Shown here: in pieces, positions 47,001-55,200 of the stretch | How the letters are laid out: the number at the start of each line of letters is the position of its first letter | Position numbering within the stretch: position 1 is the stretch's first letter | From: Podarcis bocagei | Taxonomy: Eukaryota | Length of the DNA stretch: 64,000 nt | Strand: one strand, 5' to 3' | Assembly: GCA_964188305.1 (NCBI GenBank) | Contig: OZ076887.1 | Notes under the pieces: generated by a model | Told to the model about the DNA's origin: nothing | The model's input: only the letters and a program-made list of their open reading frames with translations | Database searches by the model: none | Translations under genes and position numbers: made by a program

Positions 47001-48321
47001 TCAATCACACATTTAAGCTCTGATCCAACAGGAGCTGAAAACCATGTGTGGCATTAGGTAGGTTAAATTGGCAACAGCACCTATCAGGGGTGGGGTTCAG
47101 CCTTCAAGACAACTTGTATCAGCTGTGCACATAGTGTCTTTAGCCTCTTGATCAAAACTTAAAAGTCCTGGAGAATGCCACATACTTGTGTTCAGCATGT
47201 TGAGGACTCGGGCAGTCATGCCCCTCAGTGGAGCAGTTTAAAAAAGCTGCCTGCCTGTACCAGGTGGCTGAGGGACGAACAAGCTGCATCGGCTCCAGTG
47301 ACTTGCCAATGAAGCCTGTTCCTCCTCCTGTGATTTCCAGGCCAGAGGCACTCGACAGCGGTGGTGGTTTTACTTGCAATATACCCCCATCATGCTCTGG
47401 TCCTGGGCAACGTATTGATACATCACCCAGGCCTAGTAGACTAGGGCTGGGAGATATCTGCTTTGCAACATTGCAATATACCACCATATTGCAAAGCTTA
47501 GCTGGTGGTATATCATGTCAAAACAGAGGCAGGGAGGAAGAAGACAGCTGCCAGCCACACAGAGGATTAGCGTCACCATGCACAGCTTCTGCCTCTGTCA
47601 AGGCCAGGTGGACAAAGCTGCCACCTCCTCCAGTGCCTGGTACACGGAGCTCTGGCCTCACAAGGCACAGGGTGAAGCTACCACCTCCAGCAGCTGTCCC
47701 CTTGGCATGGGGCGGAGGGCTGTCTCCTCCTCCCAGGAGAAAGAGGTAGCTTGTCCCCCTGTGCGAAGGCAGCAGTTTCTTTAAACTTCTCTGCTGAGGG
47801 GTGTGGGCAGCTACACACCCTCAGCAGAGAAGTTTAAAGAAACTGCCTGTCCATGGGGTGCAGTGACTGACATTGCACTCTGGGCAATGTATTGATACAT
47901 CACCCAGGCCTAGTAGTGACCAGTGTAAGTGTGCTAATTTTTGAAGACTCCTGCAGCATTGCTTTGTCTTGAAATTCTCCTCTCCTCTCTCCCCCCGTCC
48001 ACCACATATTAACAGAAAAACCCAGAGGAGGACAGTTCAGGGAAAACACTAAACTGGGAACCTGGCAGCTTACTCCTGACCATCTGTGCTGTTCGCAGCA
48101 TTGAACAGCTTCTGCCTTTCTTCAACGTCCTGAGCCAAGTATTTAACAGCAAAATCACCAGCAGAAGCATTGGTCATTCAGGGAGCCCCATGCTTTACCC
48201 AAATTCTTTCCCTACCAAGGACATAAAAATGGAAACTCAAAAGACATTCTCCAGCAAAGCAAGACAAAAAATTGAAGAAATGGTTGAGAAGGACTTTCTG
48301 GAAGGTGTCATAAAAACATGA
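4957..48321 (+). CDS. DOP1A: DOP1A / protein dopey-1 (DOPEY1), full spliced CDS span: 37 coding exons, 7425 nt, 2474 aa
   Basis: Exons translate from [26 protein letters not shown] to [17 protein letters not shown], collinear with human DOP1A as I recall it. All splice phases are consistent and exon lengths sum to a multiple of 3. Confidence 0.98.
6115..6296 (+). CDS. DOP1A: DOP1A coding exon 2
   Basis: [14 protein letters not shown]...KDLFLY; ag/gt boundaries. Confidence 0.96.
7489..7659 (+). CDS. DOP1A: DOP1A coding exon 3
   Basis: [13 protein letters not shown]...EEGSEYYE; ag/gt. Confidence 0.96.
7890..8395 (+). mobile_element. Degenerate CR1 LINE ORF2 endonuclease fragment
   Basis: Residual motifs GDFSYP (ggtgacttcagttaccct) and LG.SDH (ctaggtaaagtgaccat); frameshifted. 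Confidence 0.6.
8630..8819 (+). CDS. DOP1A: DOP1A coding exon 4
   Basis: [14 protein letters not shown]...GSDIELM; ag/gt. Confidence 0.96.
9556..9592. repeat. Compound microsatellite (GCTT)n(GATT)n
   Basis: ttgcttgcttgcttgcttgcttgattgattgattgatt. Confidence 0.9.
9836..9934 (+). CDS. DOP1A: DOP1A coding exon 5
   Basis: [33 protein letters not shown]. Confidence 0.96.
11215..11314 (+). CDS. DOP1A: DOP1A coding exon 6
   Basis: [33 protein letters not shown] (Dopey N-terminal domain signature). Confidence 0.96.
11660..11691. repeat. (TACA)n microsatellite
   Basis: catacgtacgtacatacatacatacataca. Confidence 0.85.
11711..12058 (-). mobile_element. Sauria SINE, near full length
   Basis: tRNA-like head with box B (GGTTCGAATCC) and (ACCTTT)n tail on the - strand; matches the other copies in the window. 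Confidence 0.9.
13490..13599 (+). CDS. DOP1A: DOP1A coding exon 7
   Basis: [36 protein letters not shown]. Confidence 0.96.
14563..14671 (+). CDS. DOP1A: DOP1A coding exon 8
   Basis: AMVGILQ...[18 protein letters not shown]. Confidence 0.96.
15618..15738 (+). CDS. DOP1A: DOP1A coding exon 9
   Basis: [16 protein letters not shown]...KDHAQLS. Confidence 0.95.
15892..16224 (+). mobile_element. Sauria SINE, slightly 5'-truncated
   Basis: gccgatcagaaggtcggtggttcgaat...ggggtacctttgcctttacctttaa; reverse complement of the 11.7-kb copy. Confidence 0.9.
16295..16495 (-). mobile_element. Old MIR/Squam3-like SINE
   Basis: CORE-like cctgtgag...gttgagaga...cccaaggt...gatttgaactc...tcctagtcc. Confidence 0.5.
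17322..17441 (+). CDS. DOP1A: DOP1A coding exon 10
   Basis: [39 protein letters not shown]. Confidence 0.96.
17964..18078 (+). CDS. DOP1A: DOP1A coding exon 11
   Basis: RTLHARLQ...[16 protein letters not shown]. Confidence 0.95.
18367..18501. mobile_element. hAT-type MITE (palindromic, 135 bp)
   Basis: TIR CAGTGTTTCCCAACCTTGG/CCAAGGTTGGGAAACACTG; perfect 8-bp TSD gtctagat. Confidence 0.9.
18988..19017 (+). CDS. DOP1A: DOP1A coding exon 12, 30-nt microexon
   Basis: aag/CCTACTAGAAGTATGAGAGTGCTTTGTCAG/gtatga = [10 protein letters not shown], same peptide as I recall in human DOP1A; phase 0-0. Confidence 0.93.
20181..20411 (+). CDS. DOP1A: DOP1A coding exon 13
   Basis: [20 protein letters not shown]...KEWEERK. 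Confidence 0.96.
21070..21703 (+). CDS. DOP1A: DOP1A coding exon 14
   Basis: [32 protein letters not shown]...[15 protein letters not shown]; donor gtgagt. Confidence 0.95.
23821..24095 (+). CDS. DOP1A: DOP1A coding exon 15
   Basis: [14 protein letters not shown]...[11 protein letters not shown]. Confidence 0.96.
25424..25576 (+). CDS. DOP1A: DOP1A coding exon 16
   Basis: [20 protein letters not shown]...QQLTHRDK. Confidence 0.96.
26167..26267 (+). CDS. DOP1A: DOP1A coding exon 17
   Basis: [33 protein letters not shown]. Confidence 0.96.
26561..26820 (+). CDS. DOP1A: DOP1A coding exon 18
   Basis: [15 protein letters not shown]...FMQKFNCGD; donor gtaagt. Confidence 0.95.
27185..27410 (+). 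mobile_element. Tc1/mariner (Tigger/pogo-like) MITE
   Basis: TIR CAGTGGTACCTCGGGTTA/TAACCCGAGGTACCACTG; TA TSD. Confidence 0.9.
28268..30275 (+). CDS. DOP1A: DOP1A coding exon 19 (2008 nt), ends at GC donor
   Basis: 694-aa ORF (…[12 protein letters not shown]…YETGLSSS); acceptor ttttaag at 28267; donor AG/gcatgt is the one that keeps frame. Confidence 0.95.
30364..30475 (+). CDS. DOP1A: DOP1A coding exon 20
   Basis: [37 protein letters not shown]. Confidence 0.95.
30593..30722. mobile_element. hAT-type MITE
   Basis: TIR CAGGGTTTCC/GGAAACCCTG; TSD ctctaaat/ctatagat; same family as 18367. Confidence 0.85.
30875..31104. mobile_element. hAT-type non-autonomous element
   Basis: TIR TAGGGCCAGCCC/GGGTCGGCCCTA; degenerate TSD acagacct/atatacct. 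Confidence 0.6.
31310..31492 (+). CDS. DOP1A: DOP1A coding exon 21
   Basis: [18 protein letters not shown]...TTINLGSTK. Confidence 0.95.
32470..32595 (+). CDS. DOP1A: DOP1A coding exon 22
   Basis: [21 protein letters not shown]...ASRTK. Confidence 0.96.
33002..33136 (+). CDS. DOP1A: DOP1A coding exon 23
   Basis: [18 protein letters not shown]...QPPAIAKDK. Confidence 0.96.
33216..33700 (-). mobile_element. Sauria SINE 3' fragment split by a MITE
   Basis: taaaggtaaagggctcctgatagtta | agtccag...ctctggggttgcggcgctcatctcgcttt, collinear with the 11711 copy. Confidence 0.85.
33242..33628 (+). mobile_element. Tc1/mariner (Tc2-like) MITE
   Basis: TIR CCGTATTTTTCGCCCCATAGG/CCTATAGAGCGAAAAATACAG; TA TSD. 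Confidence 0.88.
34351..34406 (+). CDS. DOP1A: DOP1A coding exon 24
   Basis: [18 protein letters not shown]. Confidence 0.95.
34806..34910 (+). CDS. DOP1A: DOP1A coding exon 25
   Basis: [34 protein letters not shown]. Confidence 0.95.
36169..36235 (+). CDS. DOP1A: DOP1A coding exon 26
   Basis: [22 protein letters not shown]. Confidence 0.95.
36997..37141 (+). CDS. DOP1A: DOP1A coding exon 27
   Basis: [31 protein letters not shown]...ESDVE. Confidence 0.95.
38397..38476 (+). CDS. DOP1A: DOP1A coding exon 28
   Basis: [26 protein letters not shown]. Confidence 0.94.
38988..39068. repeat. Short palindromic squamate repeat (MITE-like)
   Basis: 11-bp TIR GCAATCCTAAC/GTTAGGATTGC; related degenerate copies near 740, 2150-2340, 12935, 23150, 33910. 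Confidence 0.6.
39627..39736 (+). CDS. DOP1A: DOP1A coding exon 29
   Basis: [36 protein letters not shown]. Confidence 0.96.
41324..41473 (+). CDS. DOP1A: DOP1A coding exon 30
   Basis: [35 protein letters not shown]...SCVN. Confidence 0.96.
42506..42567 (+). CDS. DOP1A: DOP1A coding exon 31
   Basis: [20 protein letters not shown]. Confidence 0.95.
42687..42822. mobile_element. hAT-type MITE
   Basis: Long TIR CAGGCATCCCCAACCTGTGGCCCTCC; perfect 8-bp TSD gcataatg; degenerate relatives near 5750, 12200, 17780, 22700, 40920, 41560, 45100, 60325, 63210. Confidence 0.92.
43617..43769 (+). CDS. DOP1A: DOP1A coding exon 32
   Basis: [32 protein letters not shown]...YLPDIQ. Confidence 0.96.
44407..44543 (+). 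CDS. DOP1A: DOP1A coding exon 33
   Basis: [19 protein letters not shown]...WPTMITEL. Confidence 0.96.
44608..45073 (-). mobile_element. Solo LTR (466 bp)
   Basis: TGTGGCG...CGCCACA termini; perfect 5-bp TSD ccaat; AATAAA on the - strand at 44756-44761. Confidence 0.85.
45447..45502 (+). CDS. DOP1A: DOP1A coding exon 34
   Basis: [18 protein letters not shown]. Confidence 0.94.
46005..46169 (+). CDS. DOP1A: DOP1A coding exon 35
   Basis: [19 protein letters not shown]...SENLPQFQ. Confidence 0.96.
46808..46937 (+). CDS. DOP1A: DOP1A coding exon 36
   Basis: [20 protein letters not shown]...LRKRAK. Confidence 0.96.
47442..47912. mobile_element. hAT-like non-autonomous element
   Basis: Ends TAGGGCTGGGAGATAT / ATACATCACCCAGGCCTA are imperfect TIRs; GC-rich interior. 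Confidence 0.5.
48016..48321 (+). CDS. DOP1A: DOP1A coding exon 37 (last), stop TGA
   Basis: [17 protein letters not shown]...[11 protein letters not shown]. Confidence 0.96.
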   Translation, partial: KNPEEDSSGKTLNWEPGSLLLTICAVRSIEQLLPFFNVLSQVFNSKITSRSIGHSGSPMLYPNSFPTKDIKMETQKTFSSKARQKIEEMVEKDFLEGVIKT

Positions 48322-48527
48322 AGTGTACATGGTAAAATGTTTATCTTAAGTAATGTAACTTCAAATGAAACCACTCCATCCTTCCAGTGTGTATAGTTTC
48401 CTTTTTCATACTTTGTATGTAATGTATACTTCAGGGTGTATTTAATTTAAATACCTGTAAATAAGTTCTGGATGTGGCCTGAATCAAGTTGAAATATCGC
48501 TGGCTCATATCAATTATGGTGCCTACT

Positions 48528-48533
48528 ATTAAA
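48528..48533 (+). terminator. Candidate DOP1A poly(A) signal ATTAAA
   Basis: About 200 nt after the stop, preceded by several UGUA motifs and followed by U/GU-rich sequence; a distal AATAAA lies at 49052-49057. Confidence 0.5.
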
Positions 48534-49193
48534 TGTACATTTGTTTTGTCATCTTGAGGTATGTCTTTAAGAAAATTACCAATACAAGTTGCACATTTTT
48601 TCTAGCTGTGTCTTATTTTCTGTCTAGATATCTATGCAGCATCTTACAGGGAGCCACTTTTCTAATCGAAAGCATGGAAAAGTGCTATCTATCAGAGCAG
48701 TTCTGTGACTCAGCACTGCTCCCAACATTCACTCCTCTCAATTAACATTGTTTCTGCCATGGCAACTTCCTGTTCCACATTTTCAATTAAGTGACCCTCT
48801 CATATGGAGTTACAACTACGTTACTTTTAAATATATGGTTCAAAGTTTTTGCATGTTAAATTAAAAAAAAATCCTTCCCTTGCTACTACTAGTAGGAGCA
48901 AAGAGGACACTTATTCACACATGCTTTCTTGCAAGGGGCAGATGAAAGCTGCCTAACTATGGAAAAATGAAAAGCTTTGCTTGTCCAACAATATAGTTGT
49001 CAAAATTCAATTTAGTACCTTTGATTTAAAAATTAAGAACTACAGTGACCTAATAAAGTTAACAGAAATGACATGAAGAGTTAACTCACTTCTAAAGGAA
49101 CTGCTTTTAATTATAAATTAATTTTGCATTTCATTTAGTAAAGCAAAAGCAGGAAGGTATGGTTTATGACTTACCTTGAAGGATGGTACTTCA

Positions 49194-49283
49194 TTATACT
49201 ACAGCCTTGGGCTGTTCTCCAACACCTCCAGCTATATGGTAGACAGCCAGGCTAACTTCATGTGCAAGTTTATCTGCATTTTC
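49194..49283 (-). CDS. PGM3: PGM3 last coding exon, stop TAA
   Basis: [29 protein letters not shown]. Confidence 0.95.
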   Translation of the reverse strand, partial: ENADKLAHEVSLAVYHIAGGVGEQPKAVV

Positions 49284-52200
49284 CTGGAAAGAAGAATAAT
49301 TGCAGTATGAAGAGATTGCAATTCAAGTGAACACTCAGTCATATCTTCATAGTGTGGATGCTTTGGACAGCTGTACCCAGAAACCAAGGCTGCTATAGTG
49401 ATCCTATAAGATACCTATCTAAAACACTGAGTGCAGCTAAGATTAAGCTATTTCTTCCAGCTGTTAGAAGGCAACAATTACACCAAAGAGGGACTCACTT
49501 TTTTTAAAGAATGTGCAAGTTAACTGCAGATTAAATGCATTCAACATCGTATTTAATTTGGGGCCACAGAAACTTCAAAAGTAAGAAAAAGGAGAGGTAG
49601 AGGAAGTACAAGCAGAGATTTCTTCCAAGCAAACTACTATGGTCCTCCTTTGAGTCCCCCCCCCCAATCTTCGAAGACCATAGGAGACAAAAGCTTTCTG
49701 TCCTTTTCTGTCTCTCTTCCCTCTTGCTTCTTCCAACTGTTTATAAGCAGAGGATGGAATGAGGAACAGAGGAACACACAAAAGACCCATGCTATGTACT
49801 ATTTTATCCCCCCCCCCCCATCCTAAGAAGAGAGTGTACAAGAAGAATATCCATGCCTCCCCTAAGCAAAAAGACTAGGGAGGACACTTAGTTGATAATT
49901 TGGAGGTGCAAAAGGGGAAGATGCTCTTGAAGTCAGATTGTGCCCAAGCTGCTAATTGCTTAACCTTTGGCTGTATATAAATGTAATAATTAGTGTTTGC
50001 AAACAAAGTTTGCATAGTGGTGGGTAGGAACCTACTGTCTGGACTCAAAATTCATCTCTACCACACTGCATTGAGGATATTAATCACTTTGGTTCTGACC
50101 TGTGTGTCTGCTTCAGCATAGACTCTGACGATGTCTTCTGTTCCAGATGGGCGAACGAAAGCTCGAGCCAATTTAAACCTCTGGGTGAGCTGATCAATTC
50201 TCTCCTGCAGCCCTGGGGGTGTAACTGCTCGCCTTTCAGCATCCGTAGTGTCAATTACACGTCTGTCAGCAACCTACAAGTCCACGTAAAGGAAGTGATA
50301 CAATCTGACTTGTTAAAAGCTCTAATTTTACCTGCAGATTTTGCAGCAGTAAGAGGAGAGAGAGAACACAGACCTAGTTTTGATACGGATTTGTATTGAG
50401 TGCTCTGCAAAGCCCACAAGATATTGTCACTCCTGCACAATTCTCCACCTACATTTTTCAATTTTTGGTTGTCAATGATTGTCTCTTCCCACTTATACAT
50501 AACTAGACCTAAATCACATTTTGTGTTTGTCAATCACTGAAACTGCTGGGTTATGCCAAGGTTTCTATCTCACTCTCCCAGATCTTGACCTCTTGTGAGA
50601 GTTGTATTAACATGCACACATTGGAATATCCCAGGCAGCAGGAATGTTTTATAGCTCTGGTCTGTGCTGTGATGAAACTCAATTCTATGTGAATACATAA
50701 CTAAGAAAGGGTGTGTGGAGGCAGTGAGGACCAACATTACACCCCCAATTTCAAGGTTAATGACAGATTGTGCAAGTTTTGGTTCATTGAAAAAACTCTA
50801 GTTAATTTAGCCTTTGGTCACCCAGTGCAACTATTTCCAGACGTGCATGCTTACAGGAAGGCTTCCAAAAGCCAATTCCCACTGCAACATATAAAACGAC
50901 TACAGTGGTACCTCGGTTAAGTACTTAATTTGTTCCGGAGGTCCGTTCTTAACCTGAAACTGTTCTTAACCTGAAGCACCACTTTAGTTAATGGGGCTTC
51001 CTGCTGCCGCACGATTTCTGTTCTCATCCTGAAGCAAAGTTCTTAACCTGAAGCACTATTTCTGGGTTAGTGGAGTCTGTAACCTGAAGCGTATGTAACC
51101 TGAGGTAGCACTGTACATTGTCAGAAATGCCCTTGAACCAGCAATGTGTTGTCCAAAGCCAACCCAGGGCCAGAAAGTTAATGGGTTATTGTTACAGTGC
51201 ACAGTAGTTGGGGTATTTTGTTTTGTTTTTTAAAAAAGGTTATCCTGAGTCTTTTATAAATAAAACTTCCACCAATTAGGGAGATTCTGTACAGTAAAGT
51301 AGCAGACACCCATTTTCAAAAAGGTGCAGTTATCGATAGTGTTATCTCTGGCCTAAGCTCACATGCCATGCCATGAAATACTAATAAGCCAGCCAGGGAG
51401 GACTAAAAAAGCCTGAGGCAGCCAGAAAGCACTGGATCTGGGCTTCCTCAGGCCAGCATGGATCCTGCCCATCTCCTGGCAACAGAGAGCTGACAGCATG
51501 CTACAGCATCTCAATGACTGCCCAACAAACAAGGAAGACCCACGGGGATGAAAAAGACCCTCCTTGTCTCTGACCCAACACAGTAATTTGTGTTTGCAGG
51601 CAGTTGGGAAAGCAAGCAAGTTTGTAGGTCACTGAAATGAACCACTGCTGCAACCAGTAGCATTTCTGTCCACCACTGACTTCCCACTAACCTTCACTTT
51701 GAGTTGCCGGCTGGGAAGATCTGTGTACATGGAGTCCCACTGTTGTACTGTGAGATTCTTCAACACTAAGATGGCTTCAATCACCAGCATGTCTGAGACA
51801 GCATCACCAATTGTCTGGCATAGACAGCAAAAAATAAAATAAGAAAGGAAAGGAGAAAAAACCAGTAAATAAAACCAGTATGGCAGAGGCAGCCTTGATT
51901 CCAGTTAATAATTTGGATTCTTACGCTCAATGAGCCTAAGAACTGCCACATAGCCTACATCCTTTAAAAAAATATTATTTATTAAATTTGTATACTGCTC
52001 TTCATCTGAAGATCACTGGGTGGTTCACTATATAAAAGTACAAAATGAGAACACAAAATACATAATAAAACAAAAACGAAGACAAACCAATAGTAGGTAA
52101 AGAAGCTGCTTAAGAAGAGGCCATAAGTTTACCTGAAGGGTGATTGTGTTGGTACCAGGAAGCAGCTACCACCACCAATGTAATTAGACAAAAGCCCTTG

Positions 52201-55200
52201 ACCTGTCCCAGTACTTTCCACTAAGCTACCTTCTGCCCCAGAATATATCAATGTTCAAAGCAGGGTAAGGAAGCACCTGCCACAATCTCACAGTGCAAAG
52301 CAAAGGGATTTGGAAATACAAATGTATTATCAGGCTCTTGGGAACTATAAAATAAGTCTCCATCCCCCAGTCATTTTACAGGTCAGATAACTAACCCATT
52401 ATCATCAGATTCAATTTGTCACTAGGGATGGAGCAAGAATTCAAACAGGAGGTACCTGACTCTGTGAGCACTTCTGCTCTAAATTATAACAAGCAACAAT
52501 CAAAGCAGAACACCTTGAGTCCACTTGCATGCCTTGTCAACTGATTCTTCCATCCCCACTTGACAACCCCACCGGCACAAACATGAAGACCAGAGGGTCC
52601 AGGGAGACATCTCACCCTGTGGTGACTTTTTCCCATCAGGAAATAATGGTCCTACGAATTACATGATGCAGATGTATCCCAGATTATTAGTTTCCCAATG
52701 GTAATTTGCTCTCTTTTTCAACACAGTCATCATGTAACATCTTTGAACTATTAGAATTAAGAAATTTAAAGACAAACTTTAGCTTTTTGTCAACATTCCT
52801 ACCTGATTTATCAAGTCAATAGTATTTTCAAGCATCTTTGCAGCTTCTCTTTTTTGGTTGTTTTTTTCCTCCTTCGCCTGGTATCTTATTTTCTGCTCTG
52901 CAGCTTTACTAAACAGTACCTGGAAGGAGGAACATATTCGACAGTCTGAGGGATGCAGCATGGCCACTGTCACCACCATCTCCCAATTACCACAGGTGAT
53001 AGTGGTGTATCACTGATGCTTTGAAAGAAAGACTGGTACTCCCCCAAAATGATGTGCATATCATTGGGACACAAGGGAGTACACTAGATTTTATTCATAC
53101 CCTATGAGAAATAAAGGCTCCTATCCCTAAAAGGTCTGCAAAGCTCCGTGCAGTCCAGCTTCCATTTCCAATAGCAGTCGGCCAAATCTTATTTCTGAGA
53201 CGCTCATGAACAGGGCAAAAGTTCCCNNNNNNNNNNNNNNNNNNNNNNNNNNNNNNNNNNNNNNNNNNNNNNNNNNNNNNNNNNNNNNNNNNNNNNNNNN
53301 NNNNNNNNNNNNNNNNNNNNNNNNNNNNNNNNNNNNNNNNNNNNNNNNNNNNNNNNNNNNNNNNNNNNNNNNNNNNNNNNNNNNNNNNNNNNNNNNNNNN
53401 NNNNNNNNNNNNNNNNNNNNNNNNNNGTAGGGCTGCACCTTAAAACCAAGCTTTTCCTGCTTGTATCAAAACTAAAACCCACATGCCTGACCAAAAAATT
53501 GGTGGGAATGCTACTTTGAAAAATGTTATACACAACAGTAACCAGGTAATTTTAAACTTCAGACTTACTAGTCTAATGGCTTCATAATTGGTAATGTGTA
53601 TTATGTCATTTATTTCAAAATAGGTTAAGCCAACCCTGCTGCATTTAGGGGCCCTCCTGTTCATTCTGCAGAGGGGTCCTGGACCCCTGAACTCCAACCC
53701 TGATGGCACCACTGGCCAGCTATTTCACACAACTAATCTCCATGGATTCCAAAGCTCTTAATATGAGGGCCAGAATAAATTATTATTTTAATTACTGTTT
53801 TGGAGAAAAAGGTGGAACTCTGTAACATCTCCTCCTCTAGGTTAGGGCAATTGCACACAAGTCTTGGTTACTAAAAGATTCACTTGCATTGTTGTTTTTT
53901 CCCACGGAACCATGTGTAATTAGGCCTGGACGGTTTTTACATCATTTTTAAGCACAGATGTTAGATGGCAGGCATGCAAGCGTTGAATTAGTACCTTCAT
54001 GGTTTCTTCCAAATAACGTGTAGAGCTCCCATTGGCATAGGCTGTTTGTATGACTGCAAATGATAAGGTCTGTCCAGCCTGAAGGAAGAGAAGCATGCTA
54101 TTTGCATAATCAGATCTTCATGAAAACACCGTATGAAACCATTATTATTATTATTATTTTTAAAAACTCTGCCTTGGATGTTCATAAATTCCAGTTGGCA
54201 AAGACATGCTGACATTTCACATTGGGATAGGAAGTGTCCTTCACAAACTTTCAGAACTCACACACTTAAAAACAGGGCAAGCATGCTATTGGTGAAAGTC
54301 AAGAGTACACTTGATATCCCAGCCCAAAACTGATGATGGCAAGTATTCCAAAAATCCCTTCTACTTAAAGACAATTGCCTTTAAAAACCACTATGTTAAA
54401 TAGCTGCAATTACTTTTATTTTTTCCTGATCTAATTTCATTTAAAAAACCCAAACTGTTCCAAAAAAAGGGGGGGGGGGAATGAGCCAAAGAACCGCTCG
54501 GTGAATTATTTGCATTATTGAAACTATCATACACTGTTAAAAGTTCCAGCTAATTATGTTTTCAACTGTTAATTTCCTCAATTTAACCATGCAGCAAGTG
54601 AAAGAATTCCATTACCTTGACCAGAAGTTCCTTAAGAAAAGTGCTGATTAGAGTTGCTATTTTATCTCCATCAAGAAGATGAAAATGGCCAGCAGGGTCA
54701 TTATAGTAGTAAACAATTCGGTCAGCATCACCATCGAATGAGCAGCATCTCTCACCAGGCTTCATTTCCAGTCCTAACAAGCAGAGTAAACAAAGTAAAT
54801 ACAAAAAATAATTGTTTGGCCTCAGGAATACTGGCACTTAAAAAGTCAAGGCATTCAGTGTTCTTAATATGTTTCAGAGCAACCTACAGATTAAATAGGA
54901 TAGCAGAAACAGACAGAAATGAACTACCCATTTTGTTAGGATTTCCTCACAGTACCATGTGCCAATCTAGTTTCCCACTTGTTCTTTAAAATCTTTTATT
55001 TATAAAAGAGCCAAAGTGCTAATGATACGGACTGAGTCTGTGAGCAGTGTCCCTAAGCTGAGTATGGTTATAGGCCCAGACATTAAGGCTCCCCACCCCC
55101 AAGGGTGACGAGAGGGAACAGAGGATAGCTAGAAATAAAACAGGAAGGGAAGAAGACTAATAGTGGAAAGGATTGGACTCCCTAGGCTTGCGGATAGTAG

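Noticed and set aside
47152-47784. 111-173 aa ORFs in the last DOP1A intron
   Set aside because: They lie in GC-rich transposon-derived sequence with no recognizable homology
53127-53533. ORFs containing long X runs
   Set aside because: Artifacts of the N gap
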